From positions 7,316,001 to 7,380,000 of the forward strand of contig OX597835.1 of the NCBI GenBank assembly GCA_951406725.2: a stretch of DNA of 64,000 nucleotides. The letters are read 5' to 3'. This DNA is from Octopus vulgaris. Its lineage: Eukaryota. This document shows, piece after piece, positions 42,251-55,666 of the stretch. Below the pieces are notes generated by a model, which saw nothing but the letters and a program-made list of their open reading frames with translations, did no database searches and was not told where the DNA came from. Each line of letters starts with the position of its first letter. Positions within the stretch are counted from its first letter, which is position 1. A program made the translations under genes and the position numbers.

Positions 42251-43134
42251 TCTCAGCGCGTTAAAGGTAAGTACTGTCGTCCGTAAAACGGGTGATGGTA
42301 GTTAATAATGGAAAAATTGTACAAAATGTATAAATAACTGATGAGTAAATCACACAGTTTCGATTACCTCTTGTTGTCTGTAGATTTATTGCAGGAACTT
42401 CGTAGTGGCAGTTGGAATAGGAGATGGAATGTGTAATAGACTTTATTGGGGGCAACACATATTTCGCCCCGTTCATTCCTGTGCATCTCATACAGTAACA
42501 GAGTGACACCAAACGAAGAGATTACTGTAGGAGAGACATGCCACCATCATGCTGGAGGTGACGCCGGAAATGGAGAAAAGATCGAGAGGAAGACGAAGGA
42601 AGACGTGGCACTATACGATCCGGAACGACATGATAGTGACAGTAGGAGTGGGGCCAGGAGAAGGACGAGCAAACGGGCTGACTGGAGAAGGCTCGTTACA
42701 ACTGCCAATGTTCCAGTTGATCCGATCAACGGAAGAGTTTTTTCTCGAGAAATTAACGTGCAAGTGGCTGAGTATTCCATAGGCACGCGTAGCCTTAACA
42801 TAGTTCTCAGGGAGATTCAGAGTGAGGCAAATTCGGTCTACTTTGGGTTACAGGTACTACTCGTGTTTTTGCCTGCTTCAGTGGACCGGAGCAACGTGAA
42901 ATTAAGTGTCTTCTTGAAGGACAGAACGCGTCGTCAGGGATCGATCTTAAGATTCTGATCCGAATAGCCCTAAACATTAAAACCACAAGCCTTCTCTCTC
43001 TCCCCCTCCCTCTCTCCCCCCTCTCTCTATCTCTCACACATACATATGTATATATGTATAAATATGTGAGTGTGTGTATACACACTCACACATACACAGA
43101 GGAAAGAAAAAAGAGAAAGATATGTATATACACA

Positions 43135-43590
43135 TTCTTTTACTTGTTGCAGAGTTATTTGACTGTGGCCATGCTGGAGCACCACCTTTTTGTCGAACAA
43201 ATCGATCCCAGGACTTATTCTTTGTAAGCCTAGTACTTATTCAATCGGTCTCGTTTGCCGAGCCGCAAAATTACGGAGACGTTAACACACCAGCATCGGT
43301 TGTCAAGTGATGATGAGGGGGGGGGGGGGGCAAACGCAGACACACAAATACATACATACATACATACATACATACATACATACATACATACATACATACA
43401 TACATACATACATGCATATATATACACACATACACACAACAGGCTTCTTTCAGCTTTCCTATACGAAATCCAGTCACAAGGCTTTGGTCGGCCCGAGTCT
43501 ATAGCAGAAGTCACTTGCCCAAGGTGCCGCGCGGTGGGACTGAACCCGGAACCATGTGGTTGGTTAGCAAGCTTCTTACCACACAGCCAC
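43135..43590 (-). mobile_element. SINE family A with expanded internal (TATG)n
   Basis: Family homology on both sides of the microsatellite. Confidence 0.85.
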
Positions 43591-43674
43591 ACTAATGTAT
43601 ACACAGAGAGAAGGGTGACAGAGAGAGAGAGAAAGAGATGAATGCATGTGCATAGACACACACATACACATATA

Positions 43675-43760
43675 CGTATGTATGTATGTATGTATGTATG
43701 TATGTATGTATGTATGTATGTATGTATGTATGAATGTATGAATGTATGTATGAATGTATG

Positions 43761-43794
<34 letters not shown>

Positions 43795-44275
43795 TGTACG
43801 TATGTACGTACGTATGTATGTATGTATGTATGTATGTACGTACGTATGTATGTATGTATGTATGTATGTATGTACATGTATGTATGTATGTATGTACGTA
43901 TGTACGTATGTATGTATGTATGTATATAGGTATGTATGTATGCATGTATGTGTGTATTTATATGTATATATGTATGTATGTAAATATGTATGTATGTGTA
44001 TGTATGTATGCATGTATGTATGTACGTATGTATGTATGTATGTATGTATGTATGTATGTATGTATGTATGTATGAATGTATGTATGAATGTATGTATATA
44101 TGTATGTTTGTATGTATGTATGTATGTATGTATGTATGTATGTATGTATGTATGTATGTATGTATGTATGTATGTATGTATGTACGTACGTATGTATGTA
44201 TGTATGTATGTATGTATGTATGTATGTATGTATGTATGTATGTATGTATGTATGTATGTACGTATGTATGTATGC
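43675..44275. repeat. (TATG)n microsatellite, ~600 bp. Similar block at 17700-18120.
   Basis: Direct inspection. Confidence 0.95.
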
Positions 44276-44559
44276 TTATACATACGAGTACATTTATTCC
44301 TAATGCATGGCTGTCAATAATCCGCTATATCATTTATATTTATTATCATCTCAACAGAAAACCACAAATCTATAAATTTTTTTCCTACTTTTTGCAAAAT
44401 AATCCGGTTTGTCGTCTTTTGTCTGTTTTTACAACCGCAAATATTCCGCTGTATTCTCCGTTATTCTTCCGTCTTTTTCGCTCTCACCGTCTTTCTATCA
44501 TTCATTGAACCTCTTAGATTAACTTCTCACACTTCAACCCCCCCCTCTTTCTCTCTCTT

Positions 44560-44665
44560 TGTGACACACTCTCCCTCTCTCTCTTTCCCTCTCTCTTTTT
44601 CTTTCTTATCTCTACCTAACACTCTCTTTCTCATTTCTCCTTTCTTTCTTTCTGTCTCACTCATT

Positions 44666-44700
<35 letters not shown>

Positions 44701-45085
44701 ACACACTCTTCCTCGCTCTCTCCCTCTCTCTTTTTCTTTCTTATCTCTACCTAACACTCTCTTTCTCATTTCTCCTTTCTTTCTTTCTTTCTCACTAATT
44801 TTTCTCTCACTCGCTACCTTCTACTTTTCTCTCTCCTTCTCTCTTTCTTTCTCTCACCACTCTGTTTCTCTTTCTCCCCGTCTTCAACTCTCTCTCTCTC
44901 TCTCTGTGACACACTCTCCCTCGCTCTCTCCCTCTCTCTTTTTCTTTCTTATCTCTACCTAACACTCTCTTTCTCATTTCTCCTTTCTTTCTTTCTCACT
45001 CATTTTTCTCTCTCTCTACCTTTTACTTTTCTCTCTCCTTCTCTCTTTCTTTCTCTCACCACTCTGTTTCTCTTTCTCCCCGTCA
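44560..45085. repeat. CT-rich tandem repeat, three related units (periods about 137 and 208 bp)
   Basis: GTGACACACTCT..TTCTTATCTCTACCTAACACTCTCTTTCTCATTTCTCC recurs at about 44561, 44698 and 44906. Confidence 0.85.
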
Positions 45086-45429
45086 TTTTCTTTCCCTCTC
45101 TTTTTCTTACTCTCTGTCTTTCTCTGTCTGTCTCTCTTTGTCTCTCACTCTCTCTCTCTATCTCTCACTTTTCTTTCCTTCCCCCTCTACCTCTCAAGTT
45201 GTACGCTCTGTATTTCCTACTCTTTCTCTCTCCCTTTCCATCTCTCTCTTTAACTCTTTCTTATTTTCACTTCCTCTCTCTCCCTCTCTCTCTTGTTCCC
45301 TCACTCTATCTGTATTTCTTTCTCTCTATATACTCAACTCTTTCTCTCTTTTTCCCTTTCCATATCTCCTTTTCTCACCCCATCTTTTTCTATTTCACAC
45401 CTTCCGTTTCTCTCTCTTTATCCTTCGCT

Positions 45430-45486
<57 letters not shown>

Positions 45487-45584
45487 TTTGCTTACTTTCT
45501 CTGTCTGTCTATCTTTCTATCAATCTATATGTCTGTCTATTTCGCTATGTCTCTATCTTTCTTTCAGTCTATTTGCCACTCTCA

Positions 45585-45620
<36 letters not shown>

Positions 45621-45747
45621 TTCTCTCTCTTTCTCTCTCTCTCTCTATCTATCTTTCGATCTATCTATCTACCTATCTATCTATTTATGTCGCTAAGTCT
45701 CTATCACTCTGTGTGTTTGTCCGTCTGTTTGCCTATCTCTTTCTTTC

Positions 45748-45803
<56 letters not shown>

Positions 45804-45893
45804 CTTCGCTAAGTCTATCTTTCTGTCTGAATGCCTGCATGTTTGCCCCTCTCTCTCTTTCTCAATTTCTCTCTCTCTCTCTCTATCTATCTG

Positions 45894-46033
<140 letters not shown>

Positions 46034-46251
46034 CTATCCATCTATCTCTCATTTATTTAATAACTCTACATAAACAATACACTAATACATAAGTTTATTT
46101 CTAAAACGGAAAACCAAAATATCAGATTCAGTTTGGAATAAACATCAGTTCTTCTTTTTACTCTTCGGGCAAAAAAATGGTCAACAGGATTTTCTACATT
46201 ATTTACATTATTTACATTCGACAGATATTTGTCCTCATCTTGTTTGTTGTT

Positions 46252-46297
46252 AACACAACATTTCGACTGATATACCCTCCAGCCTTCTTCAGGTGTT
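46252..46297 (-). ncRNA. Minimal type I hammerhead motif in a Penelope-like pLTR fragment
   Basis: Minus strand AACAC-CTGAAGA-A-GGCTG(gagggtatat)CAGTC-GAAA-TGT-T-GTGTT. Stem I 5 bp and stem II 5 bp; stem III has no loop. Confidence 0.7.
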
Positions 46298-46378
46298 TGG
46301 CGAAATTTCGAACCTGAGTTCTCATTCCTAAGGTATTTTCGATGTTGATATTGTTGTTGTTGTTGTTGTTATTATCAC

Positions 46379-46448
<70 letters not shown>

Positions 46449-46451
46449 GTT

Positions 46452-46615
46452 ATGACTTTATGCTTGACTTTTGCTTTATGTCTGTACAAGTTGGCTCCAA
46501 GTCTCACCCAGAGACCTCAAGAGACAACAGGTTGGAAGTTCTGTGCCATATATTTTGGTTTTTTTTTTTTTTTTTTTTTTGGTGTTGTACTAGTGAATGT
46601 CTAATACATAAAGAA

Positions 46616-46646
<31 letters not shown>

Positions 46647-46759
46647 AAAAAAGTTTGTTTTAAAACTTGGGATTACATAGAGAGTATTTTGCGTAGGATA
46701 TGAGCAGTTCCCATGAGCACTATCTTTTGAATTTCTGCCATTTTGGGGTTTCCTGGTAT
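46452..46759 (-). mobile_element. R4/Dong-like LINE 3' end inside (TAA)n
   Basis: IPGNPKMAEIQKIVLMGTAHILRKILSM* plus UTR; TAA tracts on both sides. Confidence 0.8.
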
Positions 46760-46764
46760 TATTC

Positions 46765-46821
<57 letters not shown>

Positions 46822-46834
46822 TACTATTATTATA

Positions 46835-46929
<95 letters not shown>

Positions 46930-48056
46930 CATTATTATCATTATTATTATTATTCAGGTTACTGCCTGGAATCGAAATGTAAATAATTTAAATAATGTAA
47001 ATAATGTACATAATTCCTCATCTCTTAAATATAGAACATAAACACATGATTCTGTACTCTTTCTATCTTTCAGAACGAGAAATTAAACAATACGGTTTCA
47101 ACTGCGATTATAATACCACCCCGCCATCAGACACTCCAAACCTGTCTATCTGAAGGATATCTATATAAAAGCGTTGTGTCAGTTCGTCTGTCTTTACTTT
47201 ATGAGTTCAAATTCCGCCGAGGTCGACTTTGCTTTTCATCCTTTCGGGGTCCATAAATAAAGTACCACTTGCGTACTGGGTTCGATCCAATCACCAGACC
47301 CCCCTCCCCCCAAAAAATTTGGGGCCGTGTGCCTAGAGTAGAAAAAGCGAAACAATTGTCCCAAAATAATCTGTATTTTTGTTATTTTTTATTTGCCCTG
47401 TTCGTGTGAGCTAACAATCGTACTGACTTTCATGGGAAACATGTATTTTTGTGGTTGAAACCTTTTGGATTTTCTAGTGCTAGAATGAGCCACATAGTGA
47501 CCATTCTCTTATATTTATTTTTGTATAAAATATTATAATATATTATAAAATATTATAATAATCCAGGTTTCTCGAGGCACTGGGCCACTTGGTGTTGAAT
47601 AGATATACTATTAAATTAGTATCTAATTCTCTCACCCTTATTAATTAATTATATATATATATATGTGTTTGTGCCCCTTTTTGTTCCTTACCATCGCTTG
47701 ACAGCCGATGTTGGTGTGTTAACGTCCCTGTAACTTAGCGGTTCGGCAAAAGAGAGCGATAGAGTAAGTACTAGGCCTACAAAGAATAAGACGTGGGGTC
47801 GGTTTGTTCGTCTAAAAGCGTTGCTCCGGCATGGCCGCAGTCAAATGACTAAAGCAAGTAGAAGGATGACAGACCCCTATGTATGGATGTCACTTTCGTA
47901 ATTCGGAGGGGCGGTATTAAGCAGTGAGAGTATTCGTCTCACAAGCTTAAGATTGTGAGTTCAATTCCAGGTGGCACCGTGTGTCCTTGAGCAAGACACT
48001 TTATTTCTCGCTGCTTCAGTCTACTCAGCTGGTAAAAATGAGTTGTACCTGTAACT

Positions 48057-48423
48057 CACAGGTTCTCGAAGTGGGCGCTACTGCCCCACGCCGAGCGTTG
48101 AGTCGGTCCAGGTAGGCACTGGTGCCTATGGGGTCGCTAGGGGTCGGTAAAGAAAATGAAGGCGTTGAGAGGAAGGCAATGGATTGGGGGATGTTATGAA
48201 TTTATTATATTCTTTTCTACTGTAGGCACAAGGCCCGAAATTTAGTGGGAGCGGACAAGTCGATTACATCTACTCCAGTGTGCAACTGGTACTTATTTAA
48301 TCGACCCCGAAAGGATGACTGGCAAAGTTGACCTCGGCGGAATTTGAACGAAGAACGTAGCGGCAGACAAAATACCTATTTCTTTACTACCCACAAGGGG
48401 CTAAACACAGAGAGGACAAACAA

Positions 48424-48459
<36 letters not shown>

Positions 48460-48724
48460 CTGGTACTTATTTAATCGACCCCGAAAGGATGAAAGGCAAA
48501 GTCGACCTCAGCGGAATTTGAATTAAACGTAGCGGCAGACGAAATACCACAAAGCATTTCGCCCGGCGTGCTGACGTTTCTGCAAGCTCGCCGCTTTTAT
48601 GAATTTACCATATTATTATAGTAGTTATTTATACATAAATATAGGTGTGGGGGCGTTGAGGGTATTATGTGGCTCTGAGGTGGGTATTATGTGGCTCTGA
48701 CGCCCAAAAAGTTTGCGAACTCTG
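48057..48724. mobile_element. hAT-like MITE with a nested SINE
   Basis: Imperfect TIRs CACAGGTTCTCGAA / TTTGCGAACTCTG; 8-bp TSD CTGTAACT (48049-48056) / CTGTAATT (48725-48732). Confidence 0.65.
48208..48596 (-). mobile_element. SINE family B dimer with 11-bp TSD
   Basis: TSD TTATGAATTTA at 48194-48204 and 48597-48607. Confidence 0.85.
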
Positions 48725-48944
48725 CTGTAATTCAAAGGGAGCAGCCTTGTCACATTTTGTGTCGCGCTGAATCTCTTAGAGAACTACTTGTCTGTGGAGT
48801 ACTCAGCCACTTGCACGCTAATTTTACGAGAAGTATATTCCGCTGATCGAATCAACTGGAGCCCTCGTCGTCGCGACCGACGGAGTGCCAGGTTCATTCT
48901 CTTTCTTTTTTATTCTTATTTGTATTCTTTAATTTTTTTATTAT

Positions 48945-49149
48945 TTTACTTGTTTCAGTCATTTGACTGCGGCCACGCTGGAGCATCGCCTTGAAAGGAT
49001 TTTAGTCGAAGTAACGACCCTAGGACTTATTCTTTGTAACCTAGTACTTATTCTATCGGTTCCTTTGTCTGAACTGCTAAGTTACGGGGAATTAAGCACA
49101 CCAGCATCGGTTGTCAAGTGATCGCCGGAGGCAAACACACAGACACACA

Positions 49150-49201
<52 letters not shown>

Positions 49202-49378
49202 TACACACACACACACTCTCTCACACACACATACGACGGTCTTTCCTCAGTACCAAATCCAATCACAAGTCTTTGGTCAGCCCAAGGCTATAGTGAAAGA
49301 CACTTGCCCGAAGTGTGACGCAGTGGGACTGAACCCGGAATCCTGTGGTTGGGAAGCAAGCTTCTTACCACACAAGCA
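48945..49378 (-). mobile_element. SINE family A
   Basis: Family homology, internal (TG)n. Confidence 0.85.
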
Positions 49379-50463
49379 TACTTGATGATGTACGAGTGTA
49401 TTACACACCAGCCACTGGACACTGGCTACTCTGTTGACCGAGAATCTATTCATCGCTCTCTCACTCACTCATTCACTCTCCCATCTGTCACTCTATCTCT
49501 CTGTCTCTCTCTCGCTCTCCTCCTCTCTTTCTACATACACATACATACACACCACACGTCCACTCACACACTAATACACACATCCCACACATATACATGC
49601 ATGCGTTCCATGCACCCTTAAAGTAGCCATATTCATATCTACACACACATGCTCACACACACAGACACACACACATACACATGCACAGAAATATGGGTGC
49701 ATTTGTTTGTGTGAATCCACGTGTGTGTGTAAAGGTGTGTGCATGCACATGTGTGTATCTGTGCGTGTGTGCATATGTGTGCTCATGCGTAAGTGTGTGT
49801 GTTCGACTCTGTGTGTGTGTGTGTGTCTGCGTATGTGTGTGCCTGTGTGTATGTATGTTGCATGACCTCAATTTTTTCCAAGTTCACGGTGAAACATCTA
49901 AGATAATATCGATGATGAATTTTCCAATTAATCAACCAATTAACTTAATGTTAGTGATGTGAATAAAGCGAGTGATAAATAAGTGTTTAGGGGCTATTCT
50001 AATAACCGAAACCCAAATTAACATCTATTTACATAACAATTCTTTTCTGCCGGGCCATCGTTTCCCGTGATATTTTTCGTGTTTGCCCGAAAACCTCCAA
50101 GAGTGCATACTATAAACCAATTTCTAATGCATAACGAGAAAACGACAGTTAGACCCTTCAAGTGAAATCGTTTGAATAGATAAACAAAGAAATCCATTTT
50201 CCTTGTTAAAATGTAATAATCTGTAAATGAAGGCAGCGATGAGGCAGATATCGTTAGCACGCCGAGCAAAATGTTTAAACGGTAAAGTTAGACTCTTCAA
50301 GTTGTTGTGCAGGAGTGGCTGTGTGGTAAGTAGCTTGCTTACTGTAGTAAGATGTTCAATACCTCGTTGAGGTGAAAAATTGACAAGAGGTTGGAAAGCC
50401 TCACTGTTATAAAGTGTAAGAGGACCAGCGCCTCATTTGTTAATGGACTAGTGTTGATTGTGT

Positions 50464-50850
50464 GGAGGCGCAATGGACCAGTGGTTAGGGCAGAGGACTC
50501 GCGGTCGTAGGATCGCGGTTTCGATTCCCAGACCGGGCGTTGTGAGTGTTTATTGAGCGAAAACACCTAAAGCTCCACGATGCTCCGGCAGGGGATGGTG
50601 GTGTTCCCTGCTGTACTCTTTCACCACAACTTTCTCTCACTCTTACTTCCTCTTTCTGTTGTACCTGTATTTCAAAGGGCCGGCCTTGTCACTCTCTGTG
50701 TCACGCTGAATATCCCCGAGAATTACGTTAACGGTACACGTGTCTGTGGAGTGCTCAGCCACTTACACGTTAATTTCACGAGCAGGTTGTTCCGTTGATC
50801 GGATCAACCGGAACCCTCGTCGTCGTAACCGACGGAGTGCTTCCATCCAT
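50464..50850 (+). mobile_element. SINE family C, full length
   Basis: TSD TGTTGATTGT (50452-50461, 50851-50860). Confidence 0.9.
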
Positions 50851-51431
50851 TGTTGATTGTATATTGAATATTTTTTGCATGTTAATATTTGTAATGGACT
50901 ATTATGTCCAAAAACTGTAAAAACTGTTATGAGGGGTTCAACACCTCGCTTTATTTTTTCTGTTTAAAAAAAGAGCAATGTTTTGGAGAAGAATAATATC
51001 GGCGGGCGTTTTTGCCTTCTCTCATCAATATCATCCTTATTTCATCATTCACCTCATCAATGTATATGTCCAGCCCGCAGCCACTCCTTCTGACCTTGTG
51101 CCCAAATTGGAAAACCATGTGTAATTTCCAACTAAAGGTTTTGTTAACAAGAACTCCCCGATTGTTGATATTTTTTCGCAATGAGAGCTAGAAAAAAAAA
51201 CCCTGTTTTATTAACCATTGTTTACTGAAGTGGATGACTTCAAGGTATTTTAAAGTCAGAATTGGTTCTGCAAGTTATTGTGCAAGTAAAAAATCATGTA
51301 AAGCCGGGGGCGGGGCAGTTATTTATGATATTCTTACTAAAAGAAACATGAAAAATATTTTAGCCATTATTTATCGACATGACGAAAAGGCGATTAGCGT
51401 GAGTATATGTACATACAAACGTTTTCTGCAT

Positions 51432-51552
<121 letters not shown>

Positions 51553-51563
51553 CATAATATAAA

Positions 51564-51797
51564 AGGCGGCGAGCTGGCAGAATCGTTAGCACGCCGGGCG
51601 AAATGCGTAGCCGTATTTCGTCTGCCGTTACGTGTTCTGGGTTCAAATTCCGCCGAGGTTGACTTTGCCTTTCATCCTTTCGGGGTCGATAAAATAAGTA
51701 CCAGTTACGTTCTGGGGTCGATGTAATCGACTTAATCCCTTTGTCTGTCCTTGTTTGTCCCCTCTATGTTTAGCCCCTTGTGGGTAGTAAAGAAATA
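51564..51797 (+). mobile_element. SINE family B, full length. Other copies near 3857-3990, 4995-5215, 6705-6842, 22760-22960, 37723-38085, 39030-39180, 47200-47345 and 53270-53487.
   Basis: GGCGGCGAGCTGGCAGAATCGTTAGC..GGTTCAAATTCC plus central domain and tail. Confidence 0.9.
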
Positions 51798-51805
51798 TAT
51801 ATACA

Positions 51806-52320
51806 TCTATATATATAAAACTGTAGTTGTGTGAGTGTCTGTCCCCTTCGATTTAGATTCCTAACTCCTCCCACATTTTGCGGTGCAGTTTAACTAAATT
51901 CGGGTATCTTATAGTCGTGATTCATATCGAGTACGTCTGAGTATTAGCGCGCGTCTACGATGAGTCTACGATTTTAAAAATAATTTAACATCATTTTTTA
52001 TTCCATTTTAATGCATAATTTTTCGTGTGTCGATGGCGGCGGAGTTGGCGTCCACGGTCACACCTGCACCTGTGTGTGCTTCACCCCCTTCTTCCCTCCC
52101 TCGTGAAGCTGTGGGGAAGGGAGTGTAAGGAAATCAACGTCGTAAAGCGTTGTCAAGGAGACCAGCGTTCTTTTAGAACAACGACTTCATGGCTTGAAGA
52201 CACCAAAACAGAAATGGCTAAGAAAGCCCGAATTGGCATCTATAAGGGAAGTAACTCTCTAAAGATGCTTATATAGTTATTTCCCTTACAAACCCGAGCA
52301 ACGCCGGGCGATACTGCTAG
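51806..52320 (+). mobile_element. Non-autonomous Helitron (5' type 2) with an extra internal segment
   Basis: TC start, hairpin plus CTAG end; extra GC-richer segment at 52025-52240. Confidence 0.85.
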
Positions 52321-52496
52321 TAATATATAAATATATGCATAAATACATACATACATGTACATACCTACATGCATATATGGGTACAGGACATCTATAAAAC
52401 AAAAACCTGAACAAAAAGAGAAACGAGACAGGCAACATAAAGAACTTTCATCAGTTGTTCCCTATTTTATCAAATCCGTGTTTATATATGTGTGTG

Positions 52497-52562
<66 letters not shown>

Positions 52563-52584
52563 GTAGAGAGAGAAAGAGTTGTAT

Positions 52585-52808
52585 ACTTTTTACTCTTTAC
52601 TCTTTTACTTGTTTCAGTCATTTGACTGCGGCCAAGCTGGAGCACTGCCTTTTTTAATCGAGCAACTCGAACCCCGGGACTTATTCTTTTGTAAGCCCAG
52701 TACTTATTCTATCTGTCTCTTTTGCCGAACCGCTAAGTGACGGGGACATAAACACACCAGCATCGGTTGTCAAGCGATGTTGGGGGGACAAACACAGACA
52801 TACAAACA

Positions 52809-52850
<42 letters not shown>
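52585..52850 (-). mobile_element. SINE family A, 3' half
   Basis: Tail repeat (TACTCTTT)n and conserved 3' part. Confidence 0.85.
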
Positions 52851-52858
52851 TATATATA

Positions 52859-52900
<42 letters not shown>

Positions 52901-54339
52901 GGCCCCGGGTTGAGTCGGGGTTAACCACAGTAAATAAGGTACTCAATACATAGCAGAGTAAATTAATTTATAGAAGGAGCTTCTACAGGACTAGAACATT
53001 AATTTATTTTATAGAAGGAAACAGTTCTAGTCCTGTAGAAGAAAATGTAACTTAATGGAAAATTCCCGAAAATTCATTAAACTTTTACGTGTTACATGCA
53101 ATTCTTCATTCTTAAACTGCAATTAATCATTGTGTTCGACTGAAGGTTAATTGGAGCTCCTTAAATTTCTCCGTTAATCTGAGTGAAATGATTCGTTACA
53201 CATGTTTTGATCTAGTTTATATCAGGCGACAAATCCGCAATTTTCTGGTTTTGAATTAGGTGTTATATCGTATTGGTTTCAAATTCTGGTATAAGTCGAG
53301 CAAGTTCGGGCATGGGTGCTTATCGATTATATCCACCCCAGTGGTGCACAACCGGGACTTATTTTATCCACCTCGAAATGATGAAGTCGATTTGAACTCA
53401 GGGAATTTGAACTCAGAGTGTGAGGCAAACGAAAAGCAGCGAAGAACTTTGTCTGTCATGCTAAAGATTCTGCTAGCTCGCCGCCTTAAGATGAATTATC
53501 CCATTAATAGTTTACTTATTATGATTGAGTAAGCTCTTATACGAAGGGAAGATGGTGGCTATGGGTACTGACTTCGTTGTTCAGTGACACATTTAATGCA
53601 TCGTAGGCGTTAATCCAATAATAACTTCATGCAGTGGACATTATATTCCCCACTCCATAATACGCAGACCCTTCAAAATCTCATCAGTTGAAGCCAGTCT
53701 TTCTTCATTTTTCATTGCATCTTCTGCAATATATTATCATGGCGATCAACTAATAAAAACTGTTGACACATCCGGAAAGAAAAGATTTCGGGAGAAATTG
53801 GAAAATTTTCTCTTCGTTTTCTTTTGTGGCTTCCTGCAGCTAATTCTCTGTCGTCTGTATGTCGTCACTTTCTGTCACGGCTGTTGTATGCAACTAAGAC
53901 ATACTGCTAAAGTTCCATGCTTTTTCAATATCATTCTATTGAAGTGTCCGTATACATTTCTCTCTCTCCCCTTTGCTGTAGTTCTTAGATATTGGTACGA
54001 TCGTCTGCTTCGTCTCACTACAATCTAGTCCTCGAATTTCTTTTGTTTAATTTGCCTTTGTTTTTTTTTTTTTAATCTCATTCTAAAGAGAGTTGAATAA
54101 TTATACTGGATAATACTGTCTGTGAGTTGTAAAGAATCTAATATGTTTGGTTCTTATTCCAGAAAAGAGGGAATATATAGAACTGCAGTGAACCTGATCG
54201 CAAAAGTCGAAGTATATTTTCCGCCGGAACTGACTGTTTTTCCTTTGGCGATACAATGTGTCACAGCGTACTGCGTTCAAATCTCGTTGCGGTCAACTTA
54301 GCTTTTCGGCCTTCCAGGTTGATTTTTAAAAAATGTAAA

Positions 54340-54495
54340 CGGTGCGTGTGTGTGGTAAGAAGCTTGCTTCCCAACCACCTGATTGTGGGTTCAATCCCAC
54401 TGCGTGGCACCTTGGCAAGTATTTCCTACTACATTCCAGGGGCGACCAAAGCCTTGCGTGTGGATTTGGTAGAGGGAAACTGAAAGAAGCCCGTC

Positions 54496-54534
<39 letters not shown>

Positions 54535-54770
54535 CTTATATGTATGTGTGTGTGTGTGTGTTTGTCGCCCCATCATCGCTTGACAACCGATGCGGGTGTG
54601 TTTACGTCCCTGTCAGTTAGTGGTTTGGCAATAGACACCGCACCGATAGAATAAATACTAGGCTTACAAAGAATAAGTCCTGGGGTCCATTTCTTCGACT
54701 ATAACCCCTTTAAGGTGGCGCTCCAGCATGGCCACAGTAAAATGACTGAAACAAGTTAAAAAATAAAAGA
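54340..54770 (+). mobile_element. SINE family A
   Basis: A/B boxes (GGTTCAATCCC), internal microsatellite, tail. Confidence 0.85.
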
Positions 54771-54996
54771 ATAAATTTAGCATGGCAGATCGCCGGGTCT
54801 TTGAGGAAGTTGGACGAGATTCCTTGCAGTATTTATTCTGGCTTTTTGAGCTATAAAAGCACCGCCCACCAGCATTGATGATAGAGGCACCAAGGTATAT
54901 TACGTCGACCCGACCTGGCCCTACGGCAGTATTTGTCGCTATCTTGGAGGACAATGGTATCGTGAGGAAAAACAGACTTGTATGCAGAGGTAACAA

Positions 54997-55168
54997 ACTC
55001 TTACTCTCTTTTACTCTTTTACTTGTTTCAGTCATTTGACTGCGGCCATGCTGGAGCGCCGCCTTTTTAGTACTTATTCTATCGGTCTCTTTTTGCCGAA
55101 CCGCTAAGTGACGGGGACGTAAACACACCAGCATCGGTTGTCAAGCAATGCTAGGGGGACAAACACAA

Positions 55169-55199
<31 letters not shown>

Positions 55200-55370
55200 C
55201 ATATATACGACAGGCTTCTTTCAGCTTCCGTCTACCAAATCCACTCACAAGGCATTGGTCGGCCCGGGGCTATAGCAGAAGACACTTGCCCAAGATGCCA
55301 CGCAGTGGGACTGAACCCGCAACCATGTGGTTGGTTAGCAAGCTACTTACCACACAGCCACTCCTGCGCC
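54997..55370 (-). mobile_element. SINE family A (young subfamily, small internal deletion)
   Basis: Nearly identical to 56604-57024. Confidence 0.9.
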
Positions 55371-55666
55371 ATCATATAAAAATATTCTCGCTTAAGCTTA
55401 CACACATACAAGTCAATAGAGAATCTCTCAACAAGTGATGAAGACACCCTTAGTGTTGTTGAGGAACGATTCAATGTGTGATAACTAATTTTCATTCCTC
55501 CGTTGGTTTATTTCGATCAAAATGAAGAAACCCTGACATTCTTTAAACGTCGGCGAAAAATCAATAATTTCTTTAAGACAAAAAACACCAACCTACCGAC
55601 ATAGCATCCCGATGTTTAATCAACATTAATAAACAATAACAAACCTAATTTCATCTTATATATGTA

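Larger units (their letters stand above)
47905..48890 (+). mobile_element. CORE-type SINE with family-C tail, split by the hAT-like MITE. Related degraded copy at 42690-42992 (minus).
   Basis: Head and CORE at 47905-48056; the tail at 48733-48890 resumes exactly after the TSD. Confidence 0.75.

Noticed and set aside
42446-42958. 170-aa ORF as a host gene
   Set aside because: The second half is the antisense strand of a SINE and the first half has no recognisable motif.
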